NCBI RefSeq assembly: GCF_002571385.2
Contig: NW_019218050.1
Location: 152,333-216,332, forward strand
Reading direction: 5' to 3'
Length of the DNA stretch: 64,000 bases
From: Stylophora pistillata
Taxonomy: Eukaryota
Within the stretch, counting starts at the first letter, position 1. Each line of letters begins with the position of its first letter. The notes under the pieces were generated by a model. It worked only from the letters and a program-made list of their open reading frames with translations, searched no databases and was not told the origin of the DNA. The position numbers were made by a program, and so were the translations under genes. Below, in pieces: positions 36,015-49,700 of the stretch.

Positions 36015-38181
36015 ATTTTAATGATGTAATAAGAAAAATCCTTGCATCCCAAGGATACAGACTAATTATAGGTAAGTTTTTAATCAGGTCATCCCCATGA
36101 AATGTTGTTTCTTATTGCCCAATGGCTACCTACCCAATTTTTTTGACAATTATTTTTGAAAATCTTTGATACACTATACATGAAGTAAACTTTTACTGTG
36201 GATGATACCAGGAGAAAAATTATCTTGAATCAACCTGGAGTTAAGTCACGTATTTATTCCAAAAACTATCATCATGGTAAAAGCAAATCACAGGCAAAAG
36301 TTCTCTTCTAACAAAAATCACTCCCTTGTTCAATCAGCTCCTTTGGTTGATTTTCTTTTCTTTTTTAGCCACTATCTCCATAGAGAAGGAGATAGGGCAA
36401 GAAACTTCTTATAATGGTGACGACCTCAATGATAATAGATACTTGGGATATCCAAGTGAAAAACACGTGATACCTCTTAACTCTAGTATTTTGGGGTGAT
36501 ATTAAATTTTTATTAAATGTGAATTTGAATGCATTTCTTTTGATTTTTTCCTCTCAGTCTTTTTGTAAAAATTCTTTTACCAGGAGCCTAGAATAGGCAT
36601 TTTGGACTGGATATGTCTTGGTCAGTCAAATGTTCCCAAAGTGTTAGTCTCTCCTAAAATAGACTTCCCATAAAAAGCTACACCAAACGAAATATTAATA
36701 ATTGTGCAAGTACAGCAACTTTAGTTTACAATTTGAAAAGATGTGAAGCATAATTTGGGGAAAACATAACCCTTGATTCTCTGATAGCCATATTGTTCTG
36801 TTAAGACTGAAAATAGATAATTAATCTATGAAAACTATCTTCTTTATAACTTTATCTGTTGTATGTAATAATGGTAAGAAATGACTGTAAGTAAATGGTA
36901 TTATGAACGATATTTTTCTTTAGGCAATAGTCTTACAATAAAGTTATTAATTCTAATTTGATGAGGACTAAAACTTAACAACAGTAAACTGTGGACTTGC
37001 AACCTTTATTTGATAGTCCCATATTTGCTCCAGGTAGTAGTAATATTTTATCTGGTTTTTGACAACCTCATTGGGAATAATTATTAAAAAATTCTATAAT
37101 AAATTTTCCAAAGAATAAATTAATTACTTACAATATTTTGATTTTTTTAGTTTTTTTCAGTTTTTTTTTTTCAAGTGTTCCCAAAATCCAAGGAACACTT
37201 TTCAAATTAGACAGAACTTTGATTATTATTATAATATCTGTATAATTGCTGAGATGATTGTGGAGATGCTATTCACATGTTCTGATTGGTTGGGCTTAAC
37301 ATTTCACAGCAGTTTTCAAAGTAATCTCAGCAACCAGTGAGAACAAAGGTTTACCTTATCATTAGCCAATGAGAGCTGAAAGTAAAAAACAAGCAAACCA
37401 CTGGAAGCATAAAAAAACTCTAATGACCAAGGAGATATACATTTTACTGTTGCATCTGATTGGTTTAAATGGTGATGTAAATTTTCTAGACCAAATACAG
37501 AGTAAGTTAAGTAAAACCAAAGAATTGGGGATTACTTTCAACTCTCACTTTAAAATTGCTCTGACTATAATATTATAATTATCAGTCACAGATCTAGAGT
37601 ACAAGTGTGACATTTAAGAACTCATTTTCAAAATTTTCACTGTGCAATCTTCTGAATCTCTGAAGAAGAAAATGAAGGAAAATCAAGTTTTGACTGGTAT
37701 TCCTTCATATTTAATGGTTCTAAAATATTAACTGGAGGTATTTACTGAGGTATATTTTGTGAAAATAGTAATACATAATGCACTGTAAAGAACAGTTGGA
37801 TATAATATTAAAGTTGGTTTGAATGGTACAGTTGTCAAAGTATTTTCTTTCTATTATTATTATAATTTTTTTTTTTTGGAGGAAAACTCTCGAGTGTTGT
37901 TTTTAGTTATCATATAATTTTTTTCTATGACCAACCCAGCCCAAAATCTCTGGAAAATACCCATCCTTGAATAAAATAATACATATGTAACAAAATCCTC
38001 ACAATTTTCATTTAATACAAATGTAATATCAAGCATTTCTACAATTCAAGAAATAATTTGTTAGCTTAAATTTAATTTTCAAAATATCCCTATAATAACT
38101 ATAATAATTGTCATAAGGAAAGTCTTAATAGAAATTTTACAGATAAATAACTTGATTTCCTGTCCGAGGTCCTAGCCTCTT

Positions 38182-40707
38182 CTATCTCTGTTCATGAATA
38201 TTCAGTTCATACTCTTCATTATCATCATCACTTCCATGTTTATCTTGATCTGTGAGTAGCAGGCCTTTTAGTTCAATATCACCATTCAACTTGAGTTCCT
38301 CTATCTTGTGTTTCCCTAACTTTAAACTCTCTGTATCTGAAAAGAAAAATTATTTAGAAGTTTTAATTTTATATTTTGAACAAGGAAAGTTGCAGCATAC
38401 TGTAAGGTATTTGAGTCAATCATTGACTATGCAATTATCCAGGAAGGTATAATCACTTGAGAAGTGCTTGCTTGCATTGCCCACAGATTGAGTTCCCACT
38501 ACAAGTCATCTCACAACAGTGATTTCCACTACCATGCTGGTTATACGAATGTGTTTGATGGTTTGCTGTTAATAAGAGTCCAAAAGTGTCTTTGTGTTCT
38601 GTGACACCTACCTCTTGTTGCCTTTGCCACAACATGGACACTAATTCCAATTAGACACAAGACAAGTCCAAAAAAGTTGACAGTAGTCATTCTATCCCCT
38701 GCAAACTCAGTGGCTAGAGACAATGTACAGATTTCCTTTAAAAAAAAAAGGAAGGGTTCATGTGAAAAACAAATAAAGCAACTAGGCTTACATGTTACAC
38801 AAGAATTAACCTTATCATAGAGTAAAGGAACTGGAGTGAGCAGTAGGACAAAAGTATCCACAGCCACCCTAAAAAACAGTCACTATTAAAAGCACTACCA
38901 CACTGAATTACTCCATTGATTACAATTCCCTTGCCAAACCCAAACCTTGTCAGAGAGACAGAGAATGAGAAAGAAAAGACTTGCTAAATGAGCAAGACTA
39001 GTGACCTAACATAATGCAAAAGTCGTCAACCCTGAAATTCACAGGCGGATCCCTGCTTACTGTCTTGAAACAAAACTTTGATAAATTTCTGACATCAAGC
39101 CACATCACATCTACTGGTGGTACATTGCACTGATATTAGGACATAAACCGTTAGGTTTTTAGCTTGTACAATCATGTAACTGCACAGTAACTGATCCTTA
39201 CTTGTGCTGACACCTTTCAGTTTACCTTAAATATTCCTGATATGGACAGCGTTAAGCTTGATGTATGAGAGAGAAGAAGAAACTCAGAAACGCTGATCAT
39301 GAAGGCTAAGAAACACCCAAACATCACCATGGCAATGGTCACCCATAAGGTATAACTGTCTGAAGCCCTGAAGAGCTTTGGTGACATGGCTAAGTTTTGT
39401 CCTACAGAATTACACATAGTAAGTAAGTCTTGAGCACTCTAACCAACAAACGTTTCTAGTTACAATGATAAGGTTGAGATCGGACGTCAGAATTATCAAG
39501 CGCCTCTGGCAGCCACTTCAGTCCATGTAACGATCTCACCTTCCTTCCCATCCCACCCCACCCCAGGAGAGGACATCCACCACACAGTAATCTCATGCGT
39601 GGGAAATTAACGTCTCCTACCCCCTAACCTTGCAGGAGAGGGGGCCTACAGTCTATTCATCCTTATCCGAGAAGACTAGAATATCTATTCATTTCTTGAT
39701 ATTATAGAAAGGTAGCAAATTCTCCTCACTTATTTTAAGACCATGAGTATTGGTCCGGCCAGGGCTCGAACCCTCGACCTCCTGCACAACATAATCTGGC
39801 CCTCTAACCAATTGAGCTAACCGGGAGGCGGATAAACAAACATAACAAACCTTTAAAAAATTAAACCTTAAACACTCTGACATCTGTATGCATTTACCCT
39901 TGGTTATCAGGGGTTTCATTAAGGGCGGGATACCGGGCAAATTGATCGGTAGTGAGGACAGTTTTGCCCACCTGGTTTGACAATTTGGAGGAAAATTTAT
40001 CTTATACATGTAAAGAAGTTCAGTTCAAAAAGTTTTGCCAGCCTGTGAAAACCAGTTTCCCTCCTGCTGAAAACATTAATGAAACCCCAGGGTTATTGAT
40101 CATTTCTTTATTCTTAGTGGGTGATTCAAGGATGATACTGTATGGAGAGATTACACGTAGACACTAGTCACTCTTGGGGTCAAAGAGTTAAACCAGGGCT
40201 TGACACTAACTTTTCAACTTACTAGCCAAGTGGCTAGTGACATCTTAGATGTTTTTAGATGTTACGACAATTTCAGTCTGTTTACTAGCCAAAACTGGCT
40301 TGTGGAAATTGAAAACCACTAGCCAAAACTGAATTTCTACTAGTCTGTGGCTAGTGGGCTACCGTTAGTGTCAAGCCCTGTTAAACATTAATTAAGCACT
40401 TGTCGACTTTGTAAAAACAATTTTGCAGAAGAGTAAAAACCAAAAAATTGTAGAGTAGTTCTGTAGTAACTACATATGTCAATAAGTGTTACCAAAAACT
40501 CCTTGATTTGCTAACTTATTACAAATATCAATTCATAATTCAGCAATAGACAACATATTTTCTGTTGATTTACCTACCCTCTATGTAAAATGCCAGGGGA
40601 ATCATGGTTAATGTCATAAAAGGTTGTAGATGATAAAGCGTATCAAGGGGGTTGTGAAGACCTACAAAAGGATAAAAATAACTACAGTAATTTAGTAAGA
40701 CCCTAAC

Positions 40708-40739
<32 letters not shown>

Positions 40740-42738
40740 TAAATAATTTTGCAATGGACATCCACTGGGTGGCTATCCTTGTCCACTGTTCCAGATCGAA
40801 TTAGAATTTGGAAAGTTGGTTTTTGAGGAGGGAGAAAAACTGGAGGACCCGGAGAAAAACCCTCCGAGCAAGGATGAGAACCAACAACAAACTCAACCCA
40901 CATGAGATGCCAGGTCCGGGAATCGAACCCAGGCCACAGTGGTGGGAGGTGAGTGCTCTCACTCCTTTGCCATCCCTGCTCCCAAGTAGAGTACAGTCGA
41001 ACCTGTATTAAGGGTCACTGTACTAAACAGTCACGCTCTACTAAGCAGTCAGTTGTCAGAGTCTCAAATTTGTTTCCCCTTAATCACTGCAATTTTCACC
41101 TCTACTTCCCAGTCACCTCTATCAAGTGATTGTGGACACCTTTGAGTGGGTACCAATGGCCTGTTTGTATCAATTGTCTTCTACCTGTATTAAATGGTCA
41201 CTAATAGCTGAACCACTCAAATAAAATTAATAATCTTTCAAGTAAAATTTAATCCATGTTTCTCTGCCAAAATCAAAGTTAGTAGTCTTTTTGAACAAGT
41301 TTTTTAACATTGAGCTATAGCATAAAATGGCACTTTATTTGTATTCATGATATTACTCCTATTCTGTGGAACCTATTTTAAGTGGTCAACCTGAACTGAG
41401 CAGTCATCCCACCATTCTCCACAGGTGACTACTTCATACAGGTTTGACTTTATTTGTTTTATGTACAGTGAATACTGTTTTGAATGCACCAGTTAATTGA
41501 AGATAATATTTCTTAAATTGCTACCTTTTAAAATGTTGGTAATCTCTACTAATCATGTTAACAAGACCCACACCTAAATCTTCTTTCTGTGTTAAAATCT
41601 GTGCAAGCGTCCACCGTAAGCCGCTCAGTCCTGATGCAGTTAACACCTTGAAGATGAAATACACCATAATGAAAAATTAGAATCATCTTGTACGCTAACC
41701 TTTTGTGTCAGTGTCATTTAGCTAAAAATTGAAAACAATGACGGACAACTACACCCTCCTGATAATCATAGACAAACTAAACAATTTCCATCACTGGAGA
41801 GTAGAAAAACAGAGCACTTCAAATAAAAAATATTTTTGCTATTATTATTAACTTACCAAGAGAAATCCCTCAGTATTGAATTCAGTAGCCTCATAAGTGA
41901 ATAAAAACAAGCCACTAGCAATTAACAGGATCACAGCCACTAATGAGAAGTTCTGTCAAACACACAAAGAAGAATAAAGTAGTAGTTACTGACAGAGGTA
42001 CAGATTATCCTGTGAACATCTCCATACTCAGTACATATATCTTATTAACCAAGCGTGAGGGCCGTATTGGGAGAATATCGGCCCGAGGTCTTGACAGTAC
42101 AGACCTAGTGCAGTGAGGTCCATTCAAAAAAGAACGAGGGCTGATATTCTTCCATTACGGTCCCGAGCAAGCTTGGTTAATAAGAGATTTGTTATACGAC
42201 TGAAGTTCAAAGGGACACAAGTGCGGTATCATTTGGGACCATTCGGGACAGTGCCTGGTCCAATAATGAGAGAATATTGACTGGCAATAGAGCATTTTGA
42301 TTGGTTGATTTTAGTTATTGGCCCTCTGACTGCCTGAGTCGTGTAATAATGTTTTTTACGCGATTGACTGCACTTCCTATCAGTTCACTGGGTGGGTAAT
42401 AACCCATGTTGGGATACTAGGAGAACATGAGAAAGGTTCAACTTTGTAAAACATGAGCCAGAGGTAACGTACAAGATAAACTTTAATTTCAAGTGGTGAC
42501 AGCCGGGTGATCATGATAGTGAATCCTCCTCAATTTTTTTTTGCCTGAAAATAGATAGTATTGTTAAAAAAAAATTGAAGCAAAAGAATCTGCATCACAG
42601 ATTTTTTTTTAATCTGAATCTTGGCTAACTAAACTGGGGTACATTTTTTTATTACTTACCCAATGCTCTAGTCTGAGAACAAGAGCAAACATGAGAATGA
42701 AGACAACGCTTGTAGATTTAGTCATGGTATATCTGAAA

Positions 42739-42826
<88 letters not shown>

Positions 42827-42872
42827 ATATCTGTACACTGTAACATCCGGTTTCTTCTTACAAAATAAAGTT

Positions 42873-42906
<34 letters not shown>

Positions 42907-45364
42907 TTTTTATAAAACAATTATTCCACTCGCACATGTTGGATATGAGATGAGTATAGCCAACTCAGCGCTACGTGCCTCGTTGGCTATCTGTCATCTC
43001 ATATCCAACACACGCTCGTGGAATAATTGTTAATTAATAAGGTACCTAACATTACTTAATATTAAGGTGATCTCTTTTTATCCAAATCATGCTGATTAGA
43101 GGCTTTATCTGAATCATTACAGTTATGTACTACATCTCAATCTGTCAAATTAACAAAAGCAGGGATTTGAACCGAATTGTTTAAGAGCAAAAACCTGTCT
43201 TCTTTATAACACTCATTTCATAAAACATTTATAGAGGGTGCCAGAATCTCAATTATAACTCTTCACACAATATAAATCATGGTTTTCATGCTCTTTATTA
43301 AAAAAAAAAAAAAAAAAAAAGAAAGAAAAACTCAGTAATTCTAATCAGCAGTATCAGGTAAATCCACATGGCATTTGTACTTTACCAAAGGGCCAAGAGT
43401 AATGGAGATAAATTCTTCTGTGTTATAACAAAACTATTTTTTTTTTTCTAAAAGAGAAAGAACTTTGCTCTTATTATCAAATTGACATAAAATTTCTGCT
43501 AGGCAGGTGGTCACTGCATGTAATTAGAACCTGAAATGAGATATCGATGATGCCTTTAGTTCAAATATTATGTTTACATCTTTAGTTAGTCAATAAGTTA
43601 CAAAACACTTCAAACTGATCACTTGGGAAAAAAGTTAATCATTGTGCGCTAAAGGTATCTTAATCAGTCCCTCATTCTTTCCACTCACTCAAGTAAAAGA
43701 TACCAGTGGAACCTGAAAAAATAAAATGTTTTTTTTGTATAACATTTTAAATTAATATCCTCTAATTAATGAAAGATTCATTCTGCCAGAAAATACTTAC
43801 AATGACACTGTGATGAACATCAAGCTCCAGTTAGAAAACCCAATATCCAAAGCACAAGCTATTGCTAGAAAAAGGAATGAAACAAATCAGTCTTCACCAT
43901 GAGTACTAATATCCTTTTCACCTACATGTACAGTGTAACTGTAATATATGGCAAAGTTTAGACACACTTAGTATACTCATATTATAACTGGAAAAAATGT
44001 ATTTTGCTCATGATAGGATCTGCTGCAAAATGTTTTCTCCATAGGGGTTATATTAAATATCAAGTATTTGAACGACAGCATTACATTTACAGAGCTGCTT
44101 TAATTCCTTGAGAGATCTTTGAATGTCCTGTGAGGTGAGTCATCCCCAAATACGAAAGAAAAACCATTTTTTAGAAGATGAGAGGCAAACGCTTACAGCT
44201 GTGAGCTGATTATACATATAATTAAGAGGATTTTTCCACCCACTCACCTGTAGGTAGAACTCTTTTTATGTACACAGACCAAGGTAAAATAACTCTTTTC
44301 TTCCCTGTCTTAAATTCCCAAAGGAATCTCAAAATTGCTGCAATGACAAATACCATTGCATAGTGTACCACTGAGACAGATAAAGGAAAGTGAAACCGCT
44401 GAAATAAAGAATGAGAGCATATCAAGTTATCAATAGACATAAGTCATGAAACACAAAATTAATCACACACATTCCATTTGCTAGAGATAAGCATAATTAT
44501 CACATGATGTCTATAGCCCGGAGTGTGCAATCTCATAGAAAACTGTAGTGAAAGCTGACATGTGTCCGGCCAACTTGATGTTGATGAGAGCCAGTCTAAA
44601 GAAAGCTGCAGGGCCTTCAGCAATCACATGGTTTTGTTGCAAAAAATTAATGGAAAAGAGAGAAGAGTAAAAAAAAAAATTGTGAGTTTCTAGACTCTCT
44701 GCACTCCAAAAAAAAAAAAGAAAAGTTTTTATGGCAGAAACTATTTTGTGGTTGTCCCAAATGCACTCATTTATCACATCCTTTATTAAGGTTGAAACAA
44801 AATTTTCTAGATTTTCGATACATAGAGATTACATATTAATAACAATAAGTTTGGTCGGGCCAAATGGGAAAACATTTGGTGCTCCATCATGATGTAAGGA
44901 CGTTGCTGTGCTCAGTCTGTATGTCACATCCTCAAGCCAAATATTTTCCTGTGTGGCCCTCCCACTCAGTCAATGTAGATTATATCATAACTTAACCCTT
45001 TCACACCGCACTATAATCAGGAAGTAAAATTTTCTTACCATTTTCAAACACTATGATACAGATAGGTAATGAGAACCAAGAAAATTCTTCAACAAGGCAG
45101 ATAATTGTCCTGATATTAGAACACATTTCTTAACAATAGCCAACAATGAAATGTATTGTCCCATGTTACGAGAATTTGCTCTCTGATCTTGAAAATGAAA
45201 GGTTCAAGTCAAATAATTTACATCTGCAAGAAAAAACTACCAACCTTCAGTAGCCATTTGTTATAAAATGTTAAGCTGATGGAGGATATATACATCAGAA
45301 TAATGTAGCTAAGAGTTTTGAGAGCTCGCGCCAACTGCTGGAAACCAAACAGCTTTTTGGCCAT
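38182..45364 (-). CDS. SLC35C2: Solute carrier family 35 member C2-like nucleotide-sugar transporter (TPT/EamA fold), 10 exons, ~371 aa
   Basis: Minus-strand exons 45364-45245, 44398-44248, 43864-43801, 42732-42660, 41952-41857, 41646-41574, 40661-40578, 39401-39226, 38735-38612, 38336-38182 (1116 nt, open frame). Motifs [88 protein letters not shown]. Confidence 0.92.
39640..39832 (-). mobile_element. Second tRNA-derived SINE family (head and partial body)
   Basis: Minus strand CCGCCTCCCGGTTAGCTCAATTGGTTAGAG...GGTCGAGGGTTCGAGCCCTGGCCGGACC has clear A and B boxes but no valid anticodon arm or acceptor stem. Confidence 0.65.
40194..40380. mobile_element. hAT-like MITE, 187 bp, with 6-bp target site duplication TTAAAC
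   Basis: Perfect 17-bp TIR CAGGGCTTGACACTAAC...GTTAGTGTCAAGCCCTG; TTAAAC at 40188-40193 and 40381-40386; internal repeated ACTAGCCA/TGGCTAGT motifs. Confidence 0.85.
40709..40984 (-). mobile_element. tRNA-derived SINE with (TAT)n tail
   Basis: Minus strand begins GGGAGCAGGGATGGCA...GAGAGCACTCACCTCCCACC...GGGTTCGATTCCCGG (A/B-box-like head) and ends in a TATTAT simple repeat at 40709-40748. A related copy lies at ~23930-24095. Confidence 0.8.
40994..41450. mobile_element. Tc1/mariner (pogo/Tigger-type) MITE
   Basis: Imperfect TIR CAGTCGAACCTGTATTAAG...CTTCATACAGGTTTGACTT flanked by TA on both sides. Confidence 0.7.
42036..42349 (-). repeat. Family B repeat, inverted copy of 16664-17008
   Basis: Direct reverse-complement comparison with 16664-17008 shows high similarity over the full length. 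Confidence 0.9.
42735..43030 (+). repeat. Family A repeat, copy of 10184-10475
   Basis: Direct comparison with 10184-10475. Confidence 0.9.
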
Positions 45365-45887
45365 AGAAGAAACCACCGTGTGTACTGTGATATTTAAACA
45401 GTTGGTGACGTGGATGAACTTTTAGATCGATATTATCGCTCTTTCTTGCCATGAAGCACCAACAGGAGAGGAAGACGAACTCATTTCTTTCATTTATAAG
45501 AATTTCTAAACAATATGTTTTTTAGAGGCACAGGAATGTTTATGTTATCTCAATTCAGCATGTAACGAAAACTCGTGATAAATTTTGTACACCTCAGCCT
45601 CCATATTGCTTAGTAACCAATCCAGTTACATCAAATGCCTGGCTACCAAGAAGAAAGAAAAGGTAGGCCCGTATATCGTCCACAGCACAAACGGGAATGT
45701 GTGCTCAAGAGCACGTCTTCGCGCTAGCTGAAGAAGAACTGAATCTCCCCTATGATGGAAGTGAAAGTGCTTAATCAGAAATTAAACAAGAAGTTCTTAT
45801 CGTAAAAATAGGGAATTTAACAGGTGTCTCTTGGTCTTGGTGACAATTTGGTGGGACATATACGGCTGGAGTTTAAGTTTGTAGGGA

Positions 45888-45968
45888 ACGAAAAGGGCTG
45901 ACGCACGAAACGTCAGTTTTGGAAACTCTTTACAGTGGCCAATTTACATCATCAACTCAGTTGATGAA
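45888..45968 (+). repeat. Short repeat resembling degenerate Penelope/retrozyme hammerhead-associated sequence; second copy 46436-46515
   Basis: AAGGGCT....C..AAACGTC.G.TTT...GGCCA.TTTACAT.ATCAA.TCAGTTGAT is shared between the two copies. Confidence 0.6.
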
Positions 45969-46701
45969 GCCGTAAAATTAACCATCAGAAAGTCTCGTTG
46001 AAAGGTCTAACCAAATGACAAAGGAATGTGCAGTTAGTGTGATAAAGCCTTCAAAAAGACTCATTACTTTTCTCTGAATTTGCTACCAAGTCTCGGGCAT
46101 TTAATGGTTTCACTCTTCCATCAAGTGTCTAAAACCGATTCTAATTCTCTTGTTCTTCACGTCAACCGTAACTTTTGTCCTGGCCACACCCTAATTCATA
46201 GAAAACTGAAGTTTAAGAATGACGTTCGATATGAAAGCTTTTACGACATTTTCGCTTTCATTAAAGCAAGACTTGCATGACGCAAGTCTTAAAAGAAATG
46301 TCTTTTAATAAAAAAAAAAAACAAAAAACATGATGCCATCGCAGATTGCAAGTTTTTATTTTCGAGGCTATTGCCTGGTAACTTAATCAAACCTAAACAG
46401 TTTTTCTCGCGAAAACAAAACGAGACAGACATCCTATCCGAAGGGCTACAGCTGAAAACGTCTGCTTTGAAACGCTTTACAGAGGCCAGTTTACATTATC
46501 AAGTCAGTTGATAACATTCAATTATCGTCTTGAATGAATACCTTCATCTTATAAATCATCGATATATTTCCAATTGGGTAAACATCAGTCACCTTACTGA
46601 TCAGAATTATGATTTATAGAAGAAAAAACGGAGATTGATAAATTTTATTCTGCTCAGCGCTACCGTCATCGTAAAAGAAATTTCTAATGTGATTAGTTAT
46701 G

Positions 46702-46704
<3 letters not shown>

Positions 46705-46745
<41 letters not shown>

Positions 46746-46748
46746 CTC
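46705..46748. repeat. (CT)n microsatellite
   Basis: Direct observation; explains the spurious SLSLSL ORF at 46699. Confidence 0.95.
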
Positions 46749-49700
46749 TTTGAGAGCGGAACACGCAAAATTTCGTGCAATCAGGCACAATACGTGTCAA
46801 AACTTTGAATTTCTTTTTTTTATTGCCGCAACTTCTCGGCATAAAAAGGCTAACACGTTAAAACAGCAAACTGACGTCAATGATAGCATTTTTTTCCAAT
46901 ACAAGTAAGTTTAAACTACCACCAAAGTACATATATGATTTCATTCTACCTTATGATATGTATAGCACGTTGCTGATAATTAAATTTCAATGAGCGTGAA
47001 TTTCTGAATCTTTATGAAAATGAAAACGCCAGGTTTTGCGGAGAATACAACTAATAGAAAAATTACCTACCATACGATAAATTTAAAAACGTCTTGTCCA
47101 ACTGAAGCAAAATTGTGTGAAAAGCAAAAAAGAAAAGAAAAGAAAACAGCTGAAGTCCTAAAGAAAACGTTGAGCACGTGAAAGCATTATTGGGCTCGAA
47201 ATGAAAAGCTTGAGTTTTCACCCTTAATTTGCGCGCAACTTGTTTGAAGAACAAGCCCGAATTGTCTTTTGTGCGATCGGTATAGGACACAAAAGGCCGG
47301 ATTTTAAAAGGCAGATTCAGCTGGCACTGGTATAATACATATGCCGCCTGCGTTGGGCAAACTGCACGTAGTCTCTTTCACCAAATAGAACTAAACCGAG
47401 TCGAGAAAGAATTGACTCAGCTTCAACTCCAGGTTAGTCAGGTAAGACTTATTTTTTTTACTCATAAACTCTTTAGAAGTTACCTTTAGACAAATTAATT
47501 GATTACACATGAGCCGTATATATAAAAGCAACAAACAAACAAACAGAAAAATAAAACAACGATAACAATAGTAGGAGTTTCATTCTGCATTTGAACAGCA
47601 TTTTGGCAAAAGAGTTTATTGGCCTGTTTATCGAAGGAAAAAATTACATTTTAAAATTTACATTTTATGATCTGTAGGGGATATTTCAGAAATTGTACGT
47701 TCAGACTCACCTAAACAGTACGGAAAAGATTGATCAAATTTGAAGTTTCTGAATCGCCATGGAGCTTGTCCGTCTACATGTAAATTCATTTTAGACCCAT
47801 TTGAATGCCGTGAATTAGTGACATTTGGCAAGCCTGTAGTGCCTCGTCAGCTAGGAAAACCTTAGTGACTCAAGTAAGTCCTTGACACGAAAATAAAAAG
47901 ATTAGACAGATAAGCGCAATTCCATTTACCTATCTCGTCCAGCTAATATATGGCCTGCTAATTTCATCGCGAGGCGAATAATTCAGTGTCGCCTTGAAAA
48001 TATCTGTAACTTTCTTAGCCCTTGCTGGAATTACAGTTCATGGAAGAAGAAAACTAGTAATACGTTTAAGCTCGGAAAAACATAAAAGAGACTTTACCAT
48101 CTTGTAATCTACAATGAAGATTTGAAAAGATAGCAGTTTTACACAGATGATTTAGTTTGATTACCTGCGGTGGCAATTCATTTTCATATTTCCTATTCTT
48201 ATCCTAAATCACCACTTGAACATAGGCCCATTATTAATAAAAAGAGTAATTGACAACAAACCTCACCTAGATTAACCTAGGTAGATAAAACATGACCACC
48301 TTTTTTCAATCTCAATAGTTTGACTTACTGCTCGTAATGATACAGCATTTTTGTTAAGTAAAAAAGGAGCTTTTCTGATGATGAAAACTTTGATTTTATG
48401 CAAGCCAAGTTATCGCTTTAACAGTCCATTCGCGACTGTTAAGTGCGCGCATGCGCTATCACTCATCTTGAGTCGAGGTAGACTACGAGGCAGCGGTTCA
48501 TCCTAAATCTATATAGATCAAAGCAGAGCGTAGAAATGCTATTTTGATTGAAATACCTCTAATCTCGAGCCCAGGGTCATTTAAGCTCCTTGTCGGTATG
48601 GTAAGAAGGACCCTGAGCTCGAGATTTAAATACATCTGCATTACCAAAGAAATTCAAGAAACTGGATGAATTTGAAACCTGAGTCTAGAATAATTTGCCA
48701 AATTCACACGGGTTGTGGCAAAGTGACATTACCTTAGAAGAACTACTATGTTTAATAGAATACCGATCTCTTTTCCGCCAGTTCTTGGATCGACGCACTG
48801 TATTCAGTTCTGAATAAATTAATTCAAAATAATATAACGAACATTCAGCTTTGTGAAGGCGTTGCTACAAACTATGTTAATGAGAAATGATACGGTACAA
48901 TAGAAATGCCTAATGCCTTGGTGATATTGTTAAAGGAGAGGACAGTTACAAACAACAAAAAAATTCGAGGTCAAAATTCACTCAACGGCGCGCTCTTCCT
49001 CGATTTACCATTCCTCAAAAGGTCATCGTTCACTGGATGTGCAATAATTCAGTTTATGCCTGCTCGTGGGTTGACCTTGAACCTAACAAAGTAAGGATGT
49101 TTTTTTTTTTTTATAACTGACGCTTGTCGCTAGAAACTTCCTTTAACACTCACTGTAAATTCTGGACAGTCAATTAATCCCTTAGATGTTCAGAAGAGGT
49201 CTGTTAGAGTTGCTGCACATGTCCTCCTAAAACCAGTTGCTTGAAATGACCGCTTTATAAGTCCAAACTCGACATACATTTTTTCTTATTATAACTACTT
49301 CTGGTCCGCAAAAATGATGATGAATTGAACAGTGAGACGGAACTTAGCCTGTATGCATGCAGAGAAATACAGTGAAGGACTTAGAGAGGGAAATGATAAA
49401 TGAAGACGGTTAGCCCCGAGTAATGACCCATTTTCTGATCCACAAGCAGTTCTAAATGTATTTATCAAAAACCCATATTGTTTTTAAAGTAATACTATTG
49501 TGTTGTCGTCTTGGGTTATATTTCGGTGCTTGTTAACTCAGTTCTTTCTCTCGAAAGACCTTTTCATTTGAAACACTGAGCTACAACTTGCTAAGTTCGA
49601 AATTTAGCGACAAGGTGCAAGGCTATTGATGAAATAAGCGAAGCTAGAACAAGGATTGCTTAAAAGGATAAGACGATTTGTGACGCGGATTGCAAACTTC

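Noticed and set aside
39752-39832. tRNA gene (A and B boxes present on minus strand)
   Set aside because: No valid anticodon arm or acceptor stem, and it continues into a repeat body; better explained as a SINE head.
40570-40903. Poly-Tyr and poly-Leu ORFs
   Set aside because: Translations of the (TAT)n SINE tail; only 40578-40661 is a real exon.
31059-45364. Functional cluster of PNP and a nucleotide-sugar transporter
   Set aside because: Convergent neighbours in a eukaryote; nothing in the sequence indicates co-regulation.
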